Assembly: GCA_012974435.1 (NCBI GenBank)
Contig: JAAXQF010000085.1
Span: 1-50,463 of the forward strand
Direction of reading: 5' to 3'
DNA: 50,463 nt
DNA from: Desulfuromonadales bacterium
GTDB taxonomy: Bacteria > Desulfobacterota > Desulfuromonadia > Desulfuromonadales > BM103
Below, piece after piece: positions 28,292 to 39,720 of the stretch (its first letter is position 1; each line of letters opens with the position of its first letter). Both the position numbers and the translations under genes were made by a program. The notes beneath the pieces are model-generated. The model was given only the letters and a program-made list of their open reading frames with translations. It searched no databases and was not told the origin of the DNA.

Positions 28292-29064
28292 GCCAACCTC
28301 TCCTTGGAGCCCATATCCCCTGGGCACAGATCGAAACCTATCTGGATCTGGTCCTTGAGCTTGAACTCGCTCCGGAAATTGCCATCAAGGGCCCCGAGTT
28401 CGACACTCTGGACGAAAGCCTGCTCGATCAGGCGAGTCGAAAACTTGCTGCAACTCAGATCAGACCAACCTTGCATGCTCCCTTTTTCGATCTCAACCCC
28501 GGCGCCCTCGATCCACTTATCCGCCAGGCAACCATGCAACGGCTTACCCAGGCTCTTACTGCTGCCGGCCGGCTTAACGCTCACCTGATGGTTATTCATC
28601 CGGGTGTCGATAAGTGGCGTTACCCGAACCTCGAACAAGTTTGGTTGGCCCAGGCAAAGGAGTTCTTGCTACCGCTTATTGACCTGGCCGCAGAATGCGG
28701 ATGTCGCTTGGCCATTGAGAACATCTACGAAGAAGCGCCTGACCTGCTCGTACAACTTGTGAATGAAATTGATTCAGAATGGTTTGGTCACTGCTTTGAC
28801 GTCGGGCATTGGCACCTGTTCAGTAAAACCAACATGACAGATTGGCTCGATGCGATTGGCCCACGCCTTCTGCACCTGCACCTGCACGACAATCACGGCG
28901 TAGCGGACGAACATCTGCCGGTAGGTGAGGGCACAATTGACTTCTCGCCGCTACAGAACAAACTGCGCAGCATGTCGGCTCTTCCCAGCATGACCCTCGA
29001 AGCGCACAGTGCAGAGCACCTCAACCGCTCGTTACAGCAGGTCAACAAGCTGCTCGCAGTCTAA
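28288..29064 (+). CDS. Sugar phosphate isomerase/epimerase (AP endonuclease 2 TIM-barrel family)
   Basis: HAPFFD, IEN, CFDVGH, HLHDN and DEHLPVGEG motifs. Confidence 0.88.
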   Translation: MSQPLLGAHIPWAQIETYLDLVLELELAPEIAIKGPEFDTLDESLLDQASRKLAATQIRPTLHAPFFDLNPGALDPLIRQATMQRLTQALTAAGRLNAHLMVIHPGVDKWRYPNLEQVWLAQAKEFLLPLIDLAAECGCRLAIENIYEEAPDLLVQLVNEIDSEWFGHCFDVGHWHLFSKTNMTDWLDAIGPRLLHLHLHDNHGVADEHLPVGEGTIDFSPLQNKLRSMSALPSMTLEAHSAEHLNRSLQQVNKLLAV

Positions 29065-29117
29065 AGCCAACACCAGCGCGCTTAACTTGGTCCGTTAAAT
29101 CCTTCTAGCCTATAAAC

Positions 29118-29381
29118 GTGGAGAGTCCTTTGCCCATAGAAACATTATTAATAATACTTTTTGCCGCGATTATTTGCGTGGCCTCTTATCTGGCCGCTGG
29201 TAGTATTTACGATTTTCACTACAAACTTAAAACAGATGGCAATCTCCTGTCTAAAGTTATCACCGGCGACCGTAAAAAACTCGACAGTAAAGATCAGTGG
29301 GTCAAACGATACAGATTAAAAGTATTGATCCTTCTGTCTTTGGTTGTTGCCGTCACAATATTTAGTTTTTTTGATATTTAA
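29118..29381 (+). CDS. Hypothetical two-TM protein (cassette 1)
   Basis: AT-rich ORF filling cassette 1; alternative TTG start at 29130 after GGAGAG. Confidence 0.7.
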   Translation: MESPLPIETLLIILFAAIICVASYLAAGSIYDFHYKLKTDGNLLSKVITGDRKKLDSKDQWVKRYRLKVLILLSLVVAVTIFSFFDI

Positions 29382-29391
29382 GCGATGAAGG

Positions 29392-29500
29392 GTTTAACCA
29401 AACGCTAAAGCGGACGGGGTGATACATCGGTGGTTCGTGTAAAGGTTTCTAAACTCTTGAAACGAACCAACTCCAGCCCGCTTGGCTTGGTCCGTTAGCT
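29392..29500 (+). other. attC recombination site (109 bp)
   Basis: RYYYAAC...GTTRRRY-like ends; L arms ctaaagcgg/ccgcttgg with an extra base; inner arms ggttcgt/acgaacc. Confidence 0.78.
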
Positions 29501-29553
29501 TTCCAAAAAACCGGAACTCACTAGAATACTTGAGGTTTGTTGGATTTATAAAT

Positions 29554-30327
29554 ATGCTTTTTAAATTATTATCACTTTTTACTGCAGGTTTTTTTGGGGG
29601 CATTCTTAACTCGATCGCCGGAGGTGGAAGTTTCATAACCTTTCCTGCACTGCTCTTTTTTGGGGTACCTACGATTAGTGCCAATGCAACAAATACTTTT
29701 GCATCCTGTGCTGGTTATTTAAGCGGCGCTTATGCGTTCCGAAAAGATCTATACGAGCACAAGAGAGAATTACCGCTCATTATTCTGATTAGCCTAACGG
29801 GGGGTATCGCTGGCGCCTTAATACTTCTTCAGACCCCAGAATCCATATTTCGTGAAATCATTCCCTGGCTACTATTATTTGCAACGCTACTTTTTATCTT
29901 CGGCGGGAAACTTAATAGTACATTTAAACAATTTGCTTCATATCACCAACATGCTTCAATTATCGGCCGTTTATTGCTGATTCTCCTGCTGCTAGGGATA
30001 TGTATCTATGGTGGGTTTTTTAATGCTGGTTTGGGGGTAATTGTTCTCAGCTATCTGGCTCTGGCAGGTTATTCGAACATTAACACTATGAATGGTCTGA
30101 AACTCCTTGTGTCATCAGCTATATCGCTAATCGCGATTGTTCTATTTATTTACAATGGAGTCATTGCATGGCAGGAAGGCATTAGCGTTTTACTTGGTAC
30201 ATTAGTGGGTGGGTATGTTGCCGCTCATGTTTCCCGAAAGCTCTCTCAAAAACAGATAAGATCTTTTATTGTTATGGTTAGTTGTGGAACTACTTTTTAC
30301 TTCTTTATTGAAATGTACTTCACATAA
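29554..30327 (+). CDS. TSUP (TauE/SafE) family sulfite exporter-like membrane protein (cassette 2)
   Basis: NSIAGGGSFITFPAL, ANATN, YGGFFNAGLG and GGYV motifs. Confidence 0.9.
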   Translation: MLFKLLSLFTAGFFGGILNSIAGGGSFITFPALLFFGVPTISANATNTFASCAGYLSGAYAFRKDLYEHKRELPLIILISLTGGIAGALILLQTPESIFREIIPWLLLFATLLFIFGGKLNSTFKQFASYHQHASIIGRLLLILLLLGICIYGGFFNAGLGVIVLSYLALAGYSNINTMNGLKLLVSSAISLIAIVLFIYNGVIAWQEGISVLLGTLVGGYVAAHVSRKLSQKQIRSFIVMVSCGTTFYFFIEMYFT

Positions 30328-30662
30328 ATAAAAAAAAGGTTTATTGACCGGGCAAATTAAAACACAAGAGCAAGCTAGTTCGCACAATTAGGGCAAAAAC
30401 AGCTAACAAATTAATCAACGCCGACGGAAAACGCAAAAAACAAAAAATTCGGAAGCTTGCTCAAAAAAGGGCTTCCATATTTGCTTCACAATCAACGTTT
30501 TTTTGTTTTACGTGGCGCAACAAGGGTTTTCCTGCTGCGCGTCTCTAGGGGGCCATAAGGTGCCTTTCCTGCACTCCCCTGTTAAGACGTTACATTTCAT
30601 AATCCGGGCAGCGACCAGGACAGTAATTAATCTCTAAAATCACACATCGACAGGCATAAACG

Positions 30663-30692
30663 AAAAAGGGCGACTCAAATGAGTCGCCCTTT
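30663..30692 (-). terminator. atp operon terminator
   Basis: aaaaagggcgactca-aa-tgagtcgcccttt. Confidence 0.88.
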
Positions 30693-30713
30693 ATTCTTTA
30701 TTTCAATTTAGCA

Positions 30714-31127
30714 TCAGTGGACTTTCTTACTCGCCACCTGAACACGAATCAGCGCTCGTTCCAGAGCACACTCCATGATCTTAAACTCTTTGTCTTCGCT
30801 GGTAAGCTTTTTGAGTGCTTCCTCTGCGCGACTGAGAGCTGCCTTGGCACGTTCCACGTCAATCTGATCAGCCGGCTCTGCTGTTTCAACCAGCACGGTC
30901 ATGACGTTATCTTCAACTTCGACATAGCCCCAGTTGACAGCGACGTGAAAGGTTTCGCCGTCTTTCTTGTAGGTTAATTCGCCAACCTTCAAGGTCGTCA
31001 GCAGGGACGTATGGTCGGGAAGCACACCAAACTCGCCGATAGCGCCGGGAGCGGTGACTTCATCAACCTCTTCCGACAACACACGCTTGTAAGGTGTCAC
31101 CATTTCCAATTTAAGCTTTTCTGCCAT
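30714..31127 (-). CDS. atpC: ATP synthase F1 epsilon subunit
   Basis: VTP, GEFGVLPDH and C-terminal helical hairpin. Confidence 0.96.
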   Translation of the reverse strand: MAEKLKLEMVTPYKRVLSEEVDEVTAPGAIGEFGVLPDHTSLLTTLKVGELTYKKDGETFHVAVNWGYVEVEDNVMTVLVETAEPADQIDVERAKAALSRAEEALKKLTSEDKEFKIMECALERALIRVQVASKKVH

Positions 31128-31161
31128 GCCAATTTATTCCTTTATGCCGGAACTTATCTGA

Positions 31162-32422
<1,261 letters not shown>

Positions 32423-32472
32423 TCAGCCCTCCCGGGTTGCGGGTGGGGTGTTCGTATATAATTCGCTGTAAA

Positions 32473-33348
32473 TTAAGACTTAATTGATTCCGCACCGGAG
32501 ATGATCTCCAGCAGTTCCTTGGTAATAGAAGCCTGACGTGCGCGGTTATACTGCAGGGTCAGTTTGCCGATCATTTCCGAAGCGTTCTTGCTGGCACTAT
32601 CCATAGCTGTCATCCGGGCACCGTGCTCAGAAGCAGCGGATTCAAGCAATGACCGAAAAATCTGTACTTCGATATTCTTGGGCAGGATTTGATCCAAAAC
32701 CTCTGTAGCGTTCGGCTCGTAGATATAATCCGTCACCAAAGCACCTTCATCCACTTCTTTCGGTACGATCGGCAACAGTTGCTTAACCGTCTGCACCTGG
32801 GTCATTACACTTTGGAAAGCGTTGTAAACCAGAAAAACGCTGTCGTAATCACCGCTACGGTAGAGCTCGATGACTTCTTGACCAAGCAGGGCGCCAGTCG
32901 GGTAGCTCACCTGACCAGTACCAACAAGGTTTTCATGAACCTTGGTGATATTCATACCGGCGCGGCGCTTGAGGTAATCGTTACCCTTACGGCCAACGAT
33001 CAAAAGCTCGTAACTCTCAAAACCCTCTCGCTTTTCACGGATGAACCGTTCAGCGGCCTTGGAGATATTGGCGTTGAAGCCACCACAAAGACCACGGTCT
33101 CCAGTGATCAGAACAATCAGAGCCTTACCTTTGCCTCGTTCTGCCAACAAAGGATGGCTATCAGCGTCTTCACGCAAAGCCAGGCTGGAGAGTACGTCAG
33201 CCATCTTGTCTGCGTAGGGACGAGCCGCTACAACAGCCTCTTGAGCACGTCGCAGTTTGGCCGCCGAAACCATTTTCATGGCCTTGGTGATCTGCTGGGT
33301 GTTCTTGACCGTGCCTATTCGTTTTTTAATGTCTTTAAGACTTGCCAT
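32473..33348 (-). CDS. atpG: ATP synthase F1 gamma subunit
   Basis: [19 protein letters not shown] and RQASITKEL motifs. Confidence 0.97.
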   Translation of the reverse strand: MASLKDIKKRIGTVKNTQQITKAMKMVSAAKLRRAQEAVVAARPYADKMADVLSSLALREDADSHPLLAERGKGKALIVLITGDRGLCGGFNANISKAAERFIREKREGFESYELLIVGRKGNDYLKRRAGMNITKVHENLVGTGQVSYPTGALLGQEVIELYRSGDYDSVFLVYNAFQSVMTQVQTVKQLLPIVPKEVDEGALVTDYIYEPNATEVLDQILPKNIEVQIFRSLLESAASEHGARMTAMDSASKNASEMIGKLTLQYNRARQASITKELLEIISGAESIKS

Positions 33349-33373
33349 CTCTTCTTACCCGATCGTTGCGTTA

Positions 33374-34882
<1,509 letters not shown>

Positions 34883-34907
34883 TATTGCGACCTCATCACC
34901 CTGTTTG

Positions 34908-35450
34908 TTAAGGATTCTTCAAGGATTCTTCGATTCGTTTAAGTTGAGTTTTGACGCTGCCATCGAAAAGGCGACCGCCAATTTCCGCTTGTAAGCCACC
35001 GATCAGATCAGGATCAACTTCAACAGTTAAGGCAATCTGCTTACCGGTCTGTTTTTCAAGACTGGAAGCGATCGCCTGCTGCTGAACATCATCCAGTTCC
35101 GTAGCAGATGTAATTTTAGCGCTCAGGATACCGGACAACTCGTCCGCCTGGCGTCGATAACTTTCTTCGATCTGGTTAAGGAAGCAAAGGCGTCCCTTGC
35201 TCAGGAGAAGGCCGAGAAACTTGACCATTCCTTCTGACAACTCAAGGGCCTTGTAGACTTCGGCCAGCATGGCCTGCTTCTTGTCCAGGGCCAGGGTGGG
35301 GTTGTCGAGCAATTGGCTTAACAACTCTTCCTGAGACAGAATTTCCTTAACTTTGGCCAATTCATCGGCATAGGCCTCAACGGCCTTTTCTTCTACGCCG
35401 ATTTCAACCAATGCCTTGGCGTATCGTCTGGTTAGGGCACTGACACTCAA
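34908..35450 (-). CDS. atpH: ATP synthase F1 delta subunit
   Basis: RRYAKAL...VDPDLIGG...DGSVKTQL; 11-bp duplication at the 3' end. Confidence 0.95.
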   Translation of the reverse strand: MSVSALTRRYAKALVEIGVEEKAVEAYADELAKVKEILSQEELLSQLLDNPTLALDKKQAMLAEVYKALELSEGMVKFLGLLLSKGRLCFLNQIEESYRRQADELSGILSAKITSATELDDVQQQAIASSLEKQTGKQIALTVEVDPDLIGGLQAEIGGRLFDGSVKTQLKRIEESLKNP

Positions 35451-36049
35451 TGGAGTTCTCCCACTTTTTGCATATATTCATCGACCAAACGTTTCTGGTC
35501 ATCTGCAGAAACCTGCTTTATCAGCATGTCTTTTGCAAGTTCCACAGCCAGGCTTGCAGCTTCTTCACGCAATTCAGTGCGGGCCTTGGTAACAACACCG
35601 GCAGCCTTGTTCTCTGCTTCCTGTTCAACATTGATTGCCAACTCTTTGGCTGCAGCAATAATCTTGTCACGCTCTAATTCACCTTCACGACGAATCGAGT
35701 CGGTAATAGTGGCAATCTCTTCGGTTGCCTTAGCCAACTTCTCACTGTATTCGAGATGCTTGGCTTCAGCAGCTTCCTTGGCAGCCTGAGCATCGGCGAG
35801 AGTTTTCTCGATCTCCTCGGTGCGGCCTTTAAGACCCTTACGGATCGGCTTGGTTACAAAATAGGCCACCAGTCCAACTAACAAGGCAAAGTTAAAGCAA
35901 CGGTAGGCAAAGTCCTTTAAAATGACACCACTATCAGCATGACCACCGCCACCACTGGCAAGAACGACTGCTGGCAAGAGCACCAGGCCGCTTATAATCG
36001 TTAACTGGATCAGGGAGGAGATAAGGTTTGTGTTAGCTTTTTTCATCAA
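35447..36049 (-). CDS. atpF: ATP synthase F0 subunit b
   Basis: TM segment (NFALLVG) plus long coiled coil; operon position. Confidence 0.9.
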   Translation of the reverse strand: MMKKANTNLISSLIQLTIISGLVLLPAVVLASGGGGHADSGVILKDFAYRCFNFALLVGLVAYFVTKPIRKGLKGRTEEIEKTLADAQAAKEAAEAKHLEYSEKLAKATEEIATITDSIRREGELERDKIIAAAKELAINVEQEAENKAAGVVTKARTELREEAASLAVELAKDMLIKQVSADDQKRLVDEYMQKVGELH

Positions 36050-36471
36050 ACAGCCCTCCCGAGTACCTTGCCGGCGATTTCTTTAGCCAGAGCTTCGGTT
36101 TCACCACGCAGGGCCTTACGAGCAGAGTTGGCTTCATCCTGGATTTGCGCAGTAATAGTCTGCAGCCTTTCAGCAGCACAGCGATTCGCTTCACCTAGGA
36201 TTCGGACTTCTTCTTCCTGGCCTGTCTTACGCAGCGCAGCGCGTTCCTGGCCGCCCTGTTGACGGGCTTCCTGAAGCTGTGCATCGTAGCGTGCAATTTG
36301 TGCCTGTACCTGCTCATCAATATCCTGAACCTTGGCCTTGGAGCCCTCAATGGTTTCTTTGCGAGCCTTAAGTGCAGCACGCAAAGGCTTGAAGAGCAGT
36401 GCATTCAGCACAACCATAAGAATCATGAAATTGACAAACTGCAGGACCAGTGTCCCGTCTAGCTCGATCAC
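36046..36471 (-). CDS. ATP synthase F0 subunit b'
   Basis: QFVNFMIL..LLFKPL TM plus coiled coil; first gene of the operon. Confidence 0.88.
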   Translation of the reverse strand: MIELDGTLVLQFVNFMILMVVLNALLFKPLRAALKARKETIEGSKAKVQDIDEQVQAQIARYDAQLQEARQQGGQERAALRKTGQEEEVRILGEANRCAAERLQTITAQIQDEANSARKALRGETEALAKEIAGKVLGRAV

Positions 36472-36517
36472 TGTCTTACCTCATTAAGTTCGCACCTTAA
36501 ATAATTCAAGGTACATC

Positions 36518-36536
36518 GGTATACTGTATACAAAAT
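36518..36536. promoter_or_regulatory. Operator GGTATACTGTATACAAAAT in the atp operon leader
   Basis: Matches the sfrB and gntR upstream motifs. Confidence 0.7.
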
Positions 36537-36677
36537 TAGAAGCGTCTAAAAAGCTTCAATCTGGGGTCTCAAAGCAGAGGACTTCTATCATAGCACCTAT
36601 GCCTTGTCAAGATTCTTTTCGTAAAACATCGTCACAAAAAGAGCCTCTCCCGTCATACGCTCCAAGGATGGTAAGTG

Positions 36678-37097
36678 CTACTTCTTGGCACCAACCTCAA
36701 CGGGTTTGCTTCCTGCCGCATTTTCACCGTTGCTCATTGTAATCGTGCCGTTCAGCGACACGCCTTCTTCTACCGAAATAGAGGGAGTCTCAATGGTACC
36801 ATCGACCTTAGCCGGAGAGCGGAGCTCAACCCTTGTTTTGGCTTTAACATTGCCTTTGAAATTACCACTCAGAATCAAGGTTCCAACCTGGATATCGGCT
36901 TGAACATCTGCACTTTCACCAACAATGAGGGTGTCGTGTGACGTCACCTCTCCACGAAAGGCACCATCCAAACGGACAATCTCGTTGAACACCAACTTGC
37001 CTTCAAATTGGCTACCAGGTCCCAAAAAAGCCTTGATATCACTCTTTTCGATCGGAGTTTCTTTGCGCATGGGTTCTTTTTCCCTCTTGTTGAACAT
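36678..37097 (-). CDS. Bactofilin (polymer-forming cytoskeletal protein)
   Basis: LGPGSQFEGKL..RLDG..G..IVG..GNV..G..EEG..NG beta-helix repeats. Confidence 0.9.
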   Translation of the reverse strand: MFNKREKEPMRKETPIEKSDIKAFLGPGSQFEGKLVFNEIVRLDGAFRGEVTSHDTLIVGESADVQADIQVGTLILSGNFKGNVKAKTRVELRSPAKVDGTIETPSISVEEGVSLNGTITMSNGENAAGSKPVEVGAKK

Positions 37098-37299
37098 CGC
37101 TTAATTTTCCTAGTGTCGTGTCAATAATGAAATGACGTAAAGACAACGCCGTAATTTTTTCTGCCAGCAAGGCATGTCTTGAGTCACATAGTTGTAAGAC
37201 ATAACGAAGCAGGCGCGGAAAAGAACAAGTTGGATGCGGTAGTTTGTCGTTGACGCGGCACTATGTTTCTATAGTGAGTCTACTAAAAGCCTCTTTAGA

Positions 37300-38157
37300 C
37301 TATCGACCCTCAAAAATATCAAGTAACCGCTCGAGCTCGTCTAGCGAATAATAGCTGATCTCTATCTTACCGCCCTTACCACCGCGGGCTTGAGGAAGAA
37401 TCTTCACCTTGGTGCCGAGGCTGCGTTGGAGACGGGCGGTCAGATCAAGCACTTCAGGATCGACTTGGCTCTTGCGTGCAACCGCTTTAGTCGCGCCACC
37501 CTTGAGCTTTTTAACCAAGGCTTCGGTCTGACGTACGGAAAACTGCTTCTTGACCACCTGATCACGGACTTCCTTAATGCGGGCAGCGCTTTCCAGCGCC
37601 AGCATGGCCCGGGCATGACCCATGCTCAACTGACCAGAAACAACATCCTGCTGGATCGTCTCCGGCAAACGCAGCAGGCGCAGGGAGTTCGCGACAGTAG
37701 GCCGTTCACGACCAACCCGGCGGGCCACTTCTTCCTGTGACAAATCAGAGGAGCTCATCAGGTAACGATAGGCCTCGGCCTCCTCGATCGGGTTGAGGTC
37801 TTCGCGCTGGATATTCTCAATCAAGGCCATCTCCATAGCCCAGTCTTCAGAAACATCCTGAATAACAACCGGAACTTCTTTGAGGCCAGCTTTTTGTGAA
37901 GCTCGCCAGCGACGTTCTCCGGCGATGATCTGATAATGATCCCCTGCGTGACGGACAACCAGGGGTTGGATCACCCCTTTTTCACGAATCGATGCAACCA
38001 GTTCCGCCATTTTGGCGTCATTAAAGGTTTTACGGGGTTGCTGTTGATGCGGCTTGAGTTCTTCGACGGGGCAGACGAAATATTTGTGTCGACCATCCTG
38101 GGAAGCGGACGTGAGCAGGGCACCGATACCCTTACCTAGTGCGGGACGCTTGGCCAT
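37300..38157 (-). CDS. parB: Chromosome partitioning protein ParB
   Basis: LGKG, QPRK, IAGERRWRA, ENIQREDL and HTH. Confidence 0.96.
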   Translation of the reverse strand: MAKRPALGKGIGALLTSASQDGRHKYFVCPVEELKPHQQQPRKTFNDAKMAELVASIREKGVIQPLVVRHAGDHYQIIAGERRWRASQKAGLKEVPVVIQDVSEDWAMEMALIENIQREDLNPIEEAEAYRYLMSSSDLSQEEVARRVGRERPTVANSLRLLRLPETIQQDVVSGQLSMGHARAMLALESAARIKEVRDQVVKKQFSVRQTEALVKKLKGGATKAVARKSQVDPEVLDLTARLQRSLGTKVKILPQARGGKGGKIEISYYSLDELERLLDIFEGR

Positions 38158-38159
38158 TC

Positions 38160-38927
38160 TTAAGACTTCTCCCTGCGAATAATTTCACGCGCAAGATCCA
38201 GATACGCCGTAGCGCCCCGTGAAGAAATATCATAGAGCAGTGCAGGCAGACCGTGACTGGGTGCCTCAGAAAGGCGTACATTGCGTGGAATTATGGTTTC
38301 AAAAACCTGGGTAGTAAAATGTTCCCGAATTCCTTCACTGACCTGGTGAGACAGGTTGTTACGGGCATCAAACATTGTCAGCAGGATGCCATGAATAACC
38401 AAGCGCTGGTTCAACTCACGCTGAATTAACCTCACCGTGTTGATCAACTGACTTAATCCCTCCATTGCGTAATACTCACACTGCAGGGGGATCAGCACGC
38501 TGTCGGCAGCGGTCAGGGAGTTAATGGTCAACAAGCCCAAAGAGGGGGGACAGTCAATGAGGATATAGTCATATTCTTCAGTAACTTCGGACAGGGCTGT
38601 CTTCAGCTTGTTCTCACGTGCCAGGGCAGAGATCAACTCCACTTCAGCACCGATCAGGTCTGGATTGGCAGGCAACAGATGAAGGAGATCAAGGTCGGTG
38701 GTTTTACGCAACTCAGATACTGGTACAGAACCAAGCAGGGCATGGTAAACCGTCTGCTCCATGCTGTTGGGATCTACACCAACGCCACTGGTCGCATTGG
38801 CCTGGGGATCGAGATCAACCAACAAGGTGCGCTTTTCGGCAACAGCCAAAGATGCCGCCAGATTCACGGATGTTGTGGTTTTACCGACGCCACCCTTCTG
38901 GTTGGCAATGGCGATGACTTGAGCCAT
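38160..38927 (-). CDS. parA: Chromosome partitioning ATPase ParA/Soj
   Basis: NQKGGVGKTT, DLDPQAN, DCPPSLG and EAPSHG motifs. Confidence 0.96.
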   Translation of the reverse strand: MAQVIAIANQKGGVGKTTTSVNLAASLAVAEKRTLLVDLDPQANATSGVGVDPNSMEQTVYHALLGSVPVSELRKTTDLDLLHLLPANPDLIGAEVELISALARENKLKTALSEVTEEYDYILIDCPPSLGLLTINSLTAADSVLIPLQCEYYAMEGLSQLINTVRLIQRELNQRLVIHGILLTMFDARNNLSHQVSEGIREHFTTQVFETIIPRNVRLSEAPSHGLPALLYDISSRGATAYLDLAREIIRREKS

Positions 38928-39022
38928 GCCTCTATTTCTCCTTAGGAATTGATGTTTTTTGAGTCGCTCAGACTAACATAAGCATTTGGATCTGCAAAGG
39001 AAATTTGCCCAACCCACTCCTA

Positions 39023-39069
39023 CCACCAGATGTTGAGGATTAAGCAAATAAAAGCACAACATATGGTGT
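39023..39069. promoter_or_regulatory. Tandem NrdR-like boxes upstream of parA
   Basis: ccaCcAgATgTtGagg (39023) and gcaCaAcATaTgGtgt (39054), 31 bp apart. Confidence 0.65.
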
Positions 39070-39078
39070 AAAAACACT

Positions 39079-39711
39079 CTAGCGGGCCAACTCAATCAGG
39101 CAGCGCTGTGCCCCGGAACGAGGCAAAACAAGACGATGTAAAGCAAGGCTCCAACCCGATTCGCAAAGGCGGTTCCGGGATGCCAAGTATTCCTGCTCAC
39201 CTTCCGGACCCTTCATCGCCACCAAACGACCTCCGGGGGCCAGAAAAGGCTCAGCCATCGCCACCAGATCCTCCAGAGAGGTCAACGCTCTGGCTGTCAC
39301 TAGATCGAAACCAGCCCGGTAACTCTCATCTTCCTGTAAGTCCTGGATACGTGCGTGTAACCCAGCAAAAGACGGCAAACCAAGTTTTCGCGCTACATGC
39401 TTCTGAAAGTCTATCTTCTTACCGACAGCATCAACAGAAACGACCTCCAGGGCAGAACAAACAATTTTGAGGGGTAATGCGGGGAAACCGGCACCTGAAC
39501 CAATATCCAGAAGGCGGCTGGCCTGCCTTGCAAAGGGGAGCATGGTCAAGGAATCAACCAGATGTTTCTCCAGCACCTCATCCCGATCGGTTATGGCCGT
39601 CAGGTTTCTTCGTTTCGTCCAGCGCAGCAATTCGTCCACCAGTAACTCAAGCTGCTCAAGCCTGTCATGGGGGATTTCAAGCTCTAGTTTTTGTAACTGC
39701 TCTTGAAGCAC
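39079..39711 (-). CDS. rsmG: 16S rRNA m7G527 methyltransferase
   Basis: NLTAI, HLVDSL, DIGSGAGFP and TARA motifs. Confidence 0.95.
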   Translation of the reverse strand: MLQEQLQKLELEIPHDRLEQLELLVDELLRWTKRRNLTAITDRDEVLEKHLVDSLTMLPFARQASRLLDIGSGAGFPALPLKIVCSALEVVSVDAVGKKIDFQKHVARKLGLPSFAGLHARIQDLQEDESYRAGFDLVTARALTSLEDLVAMAEPFLAPGGRLVAMKGPEGEQEYLASRNRLCESGWSLALHRLVLPRSGAQRCLIELAR

Positions 39712-39720
39712 AAAGATATC

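Larger units (their letters stand above)
29067..30520 (+). mobile_element. Integrase-less integron cassette array (CALIN-like): two cassettes and three attC sites or remnants
   Basis: R' GTTAAAT at 29094; complete attC 29392-29500 (GTTTAAC...GTTAGCT); R'' AGCTAAC at 30401; AT-rich cassette ORFs. Confidence 0.75.

Noticed and set aside
30401-30587. Complete third attC ending at GTTAAGA (30581)
   Set aside because: No L' arm complementary to L'' and unusually long; treated as a truncated attC
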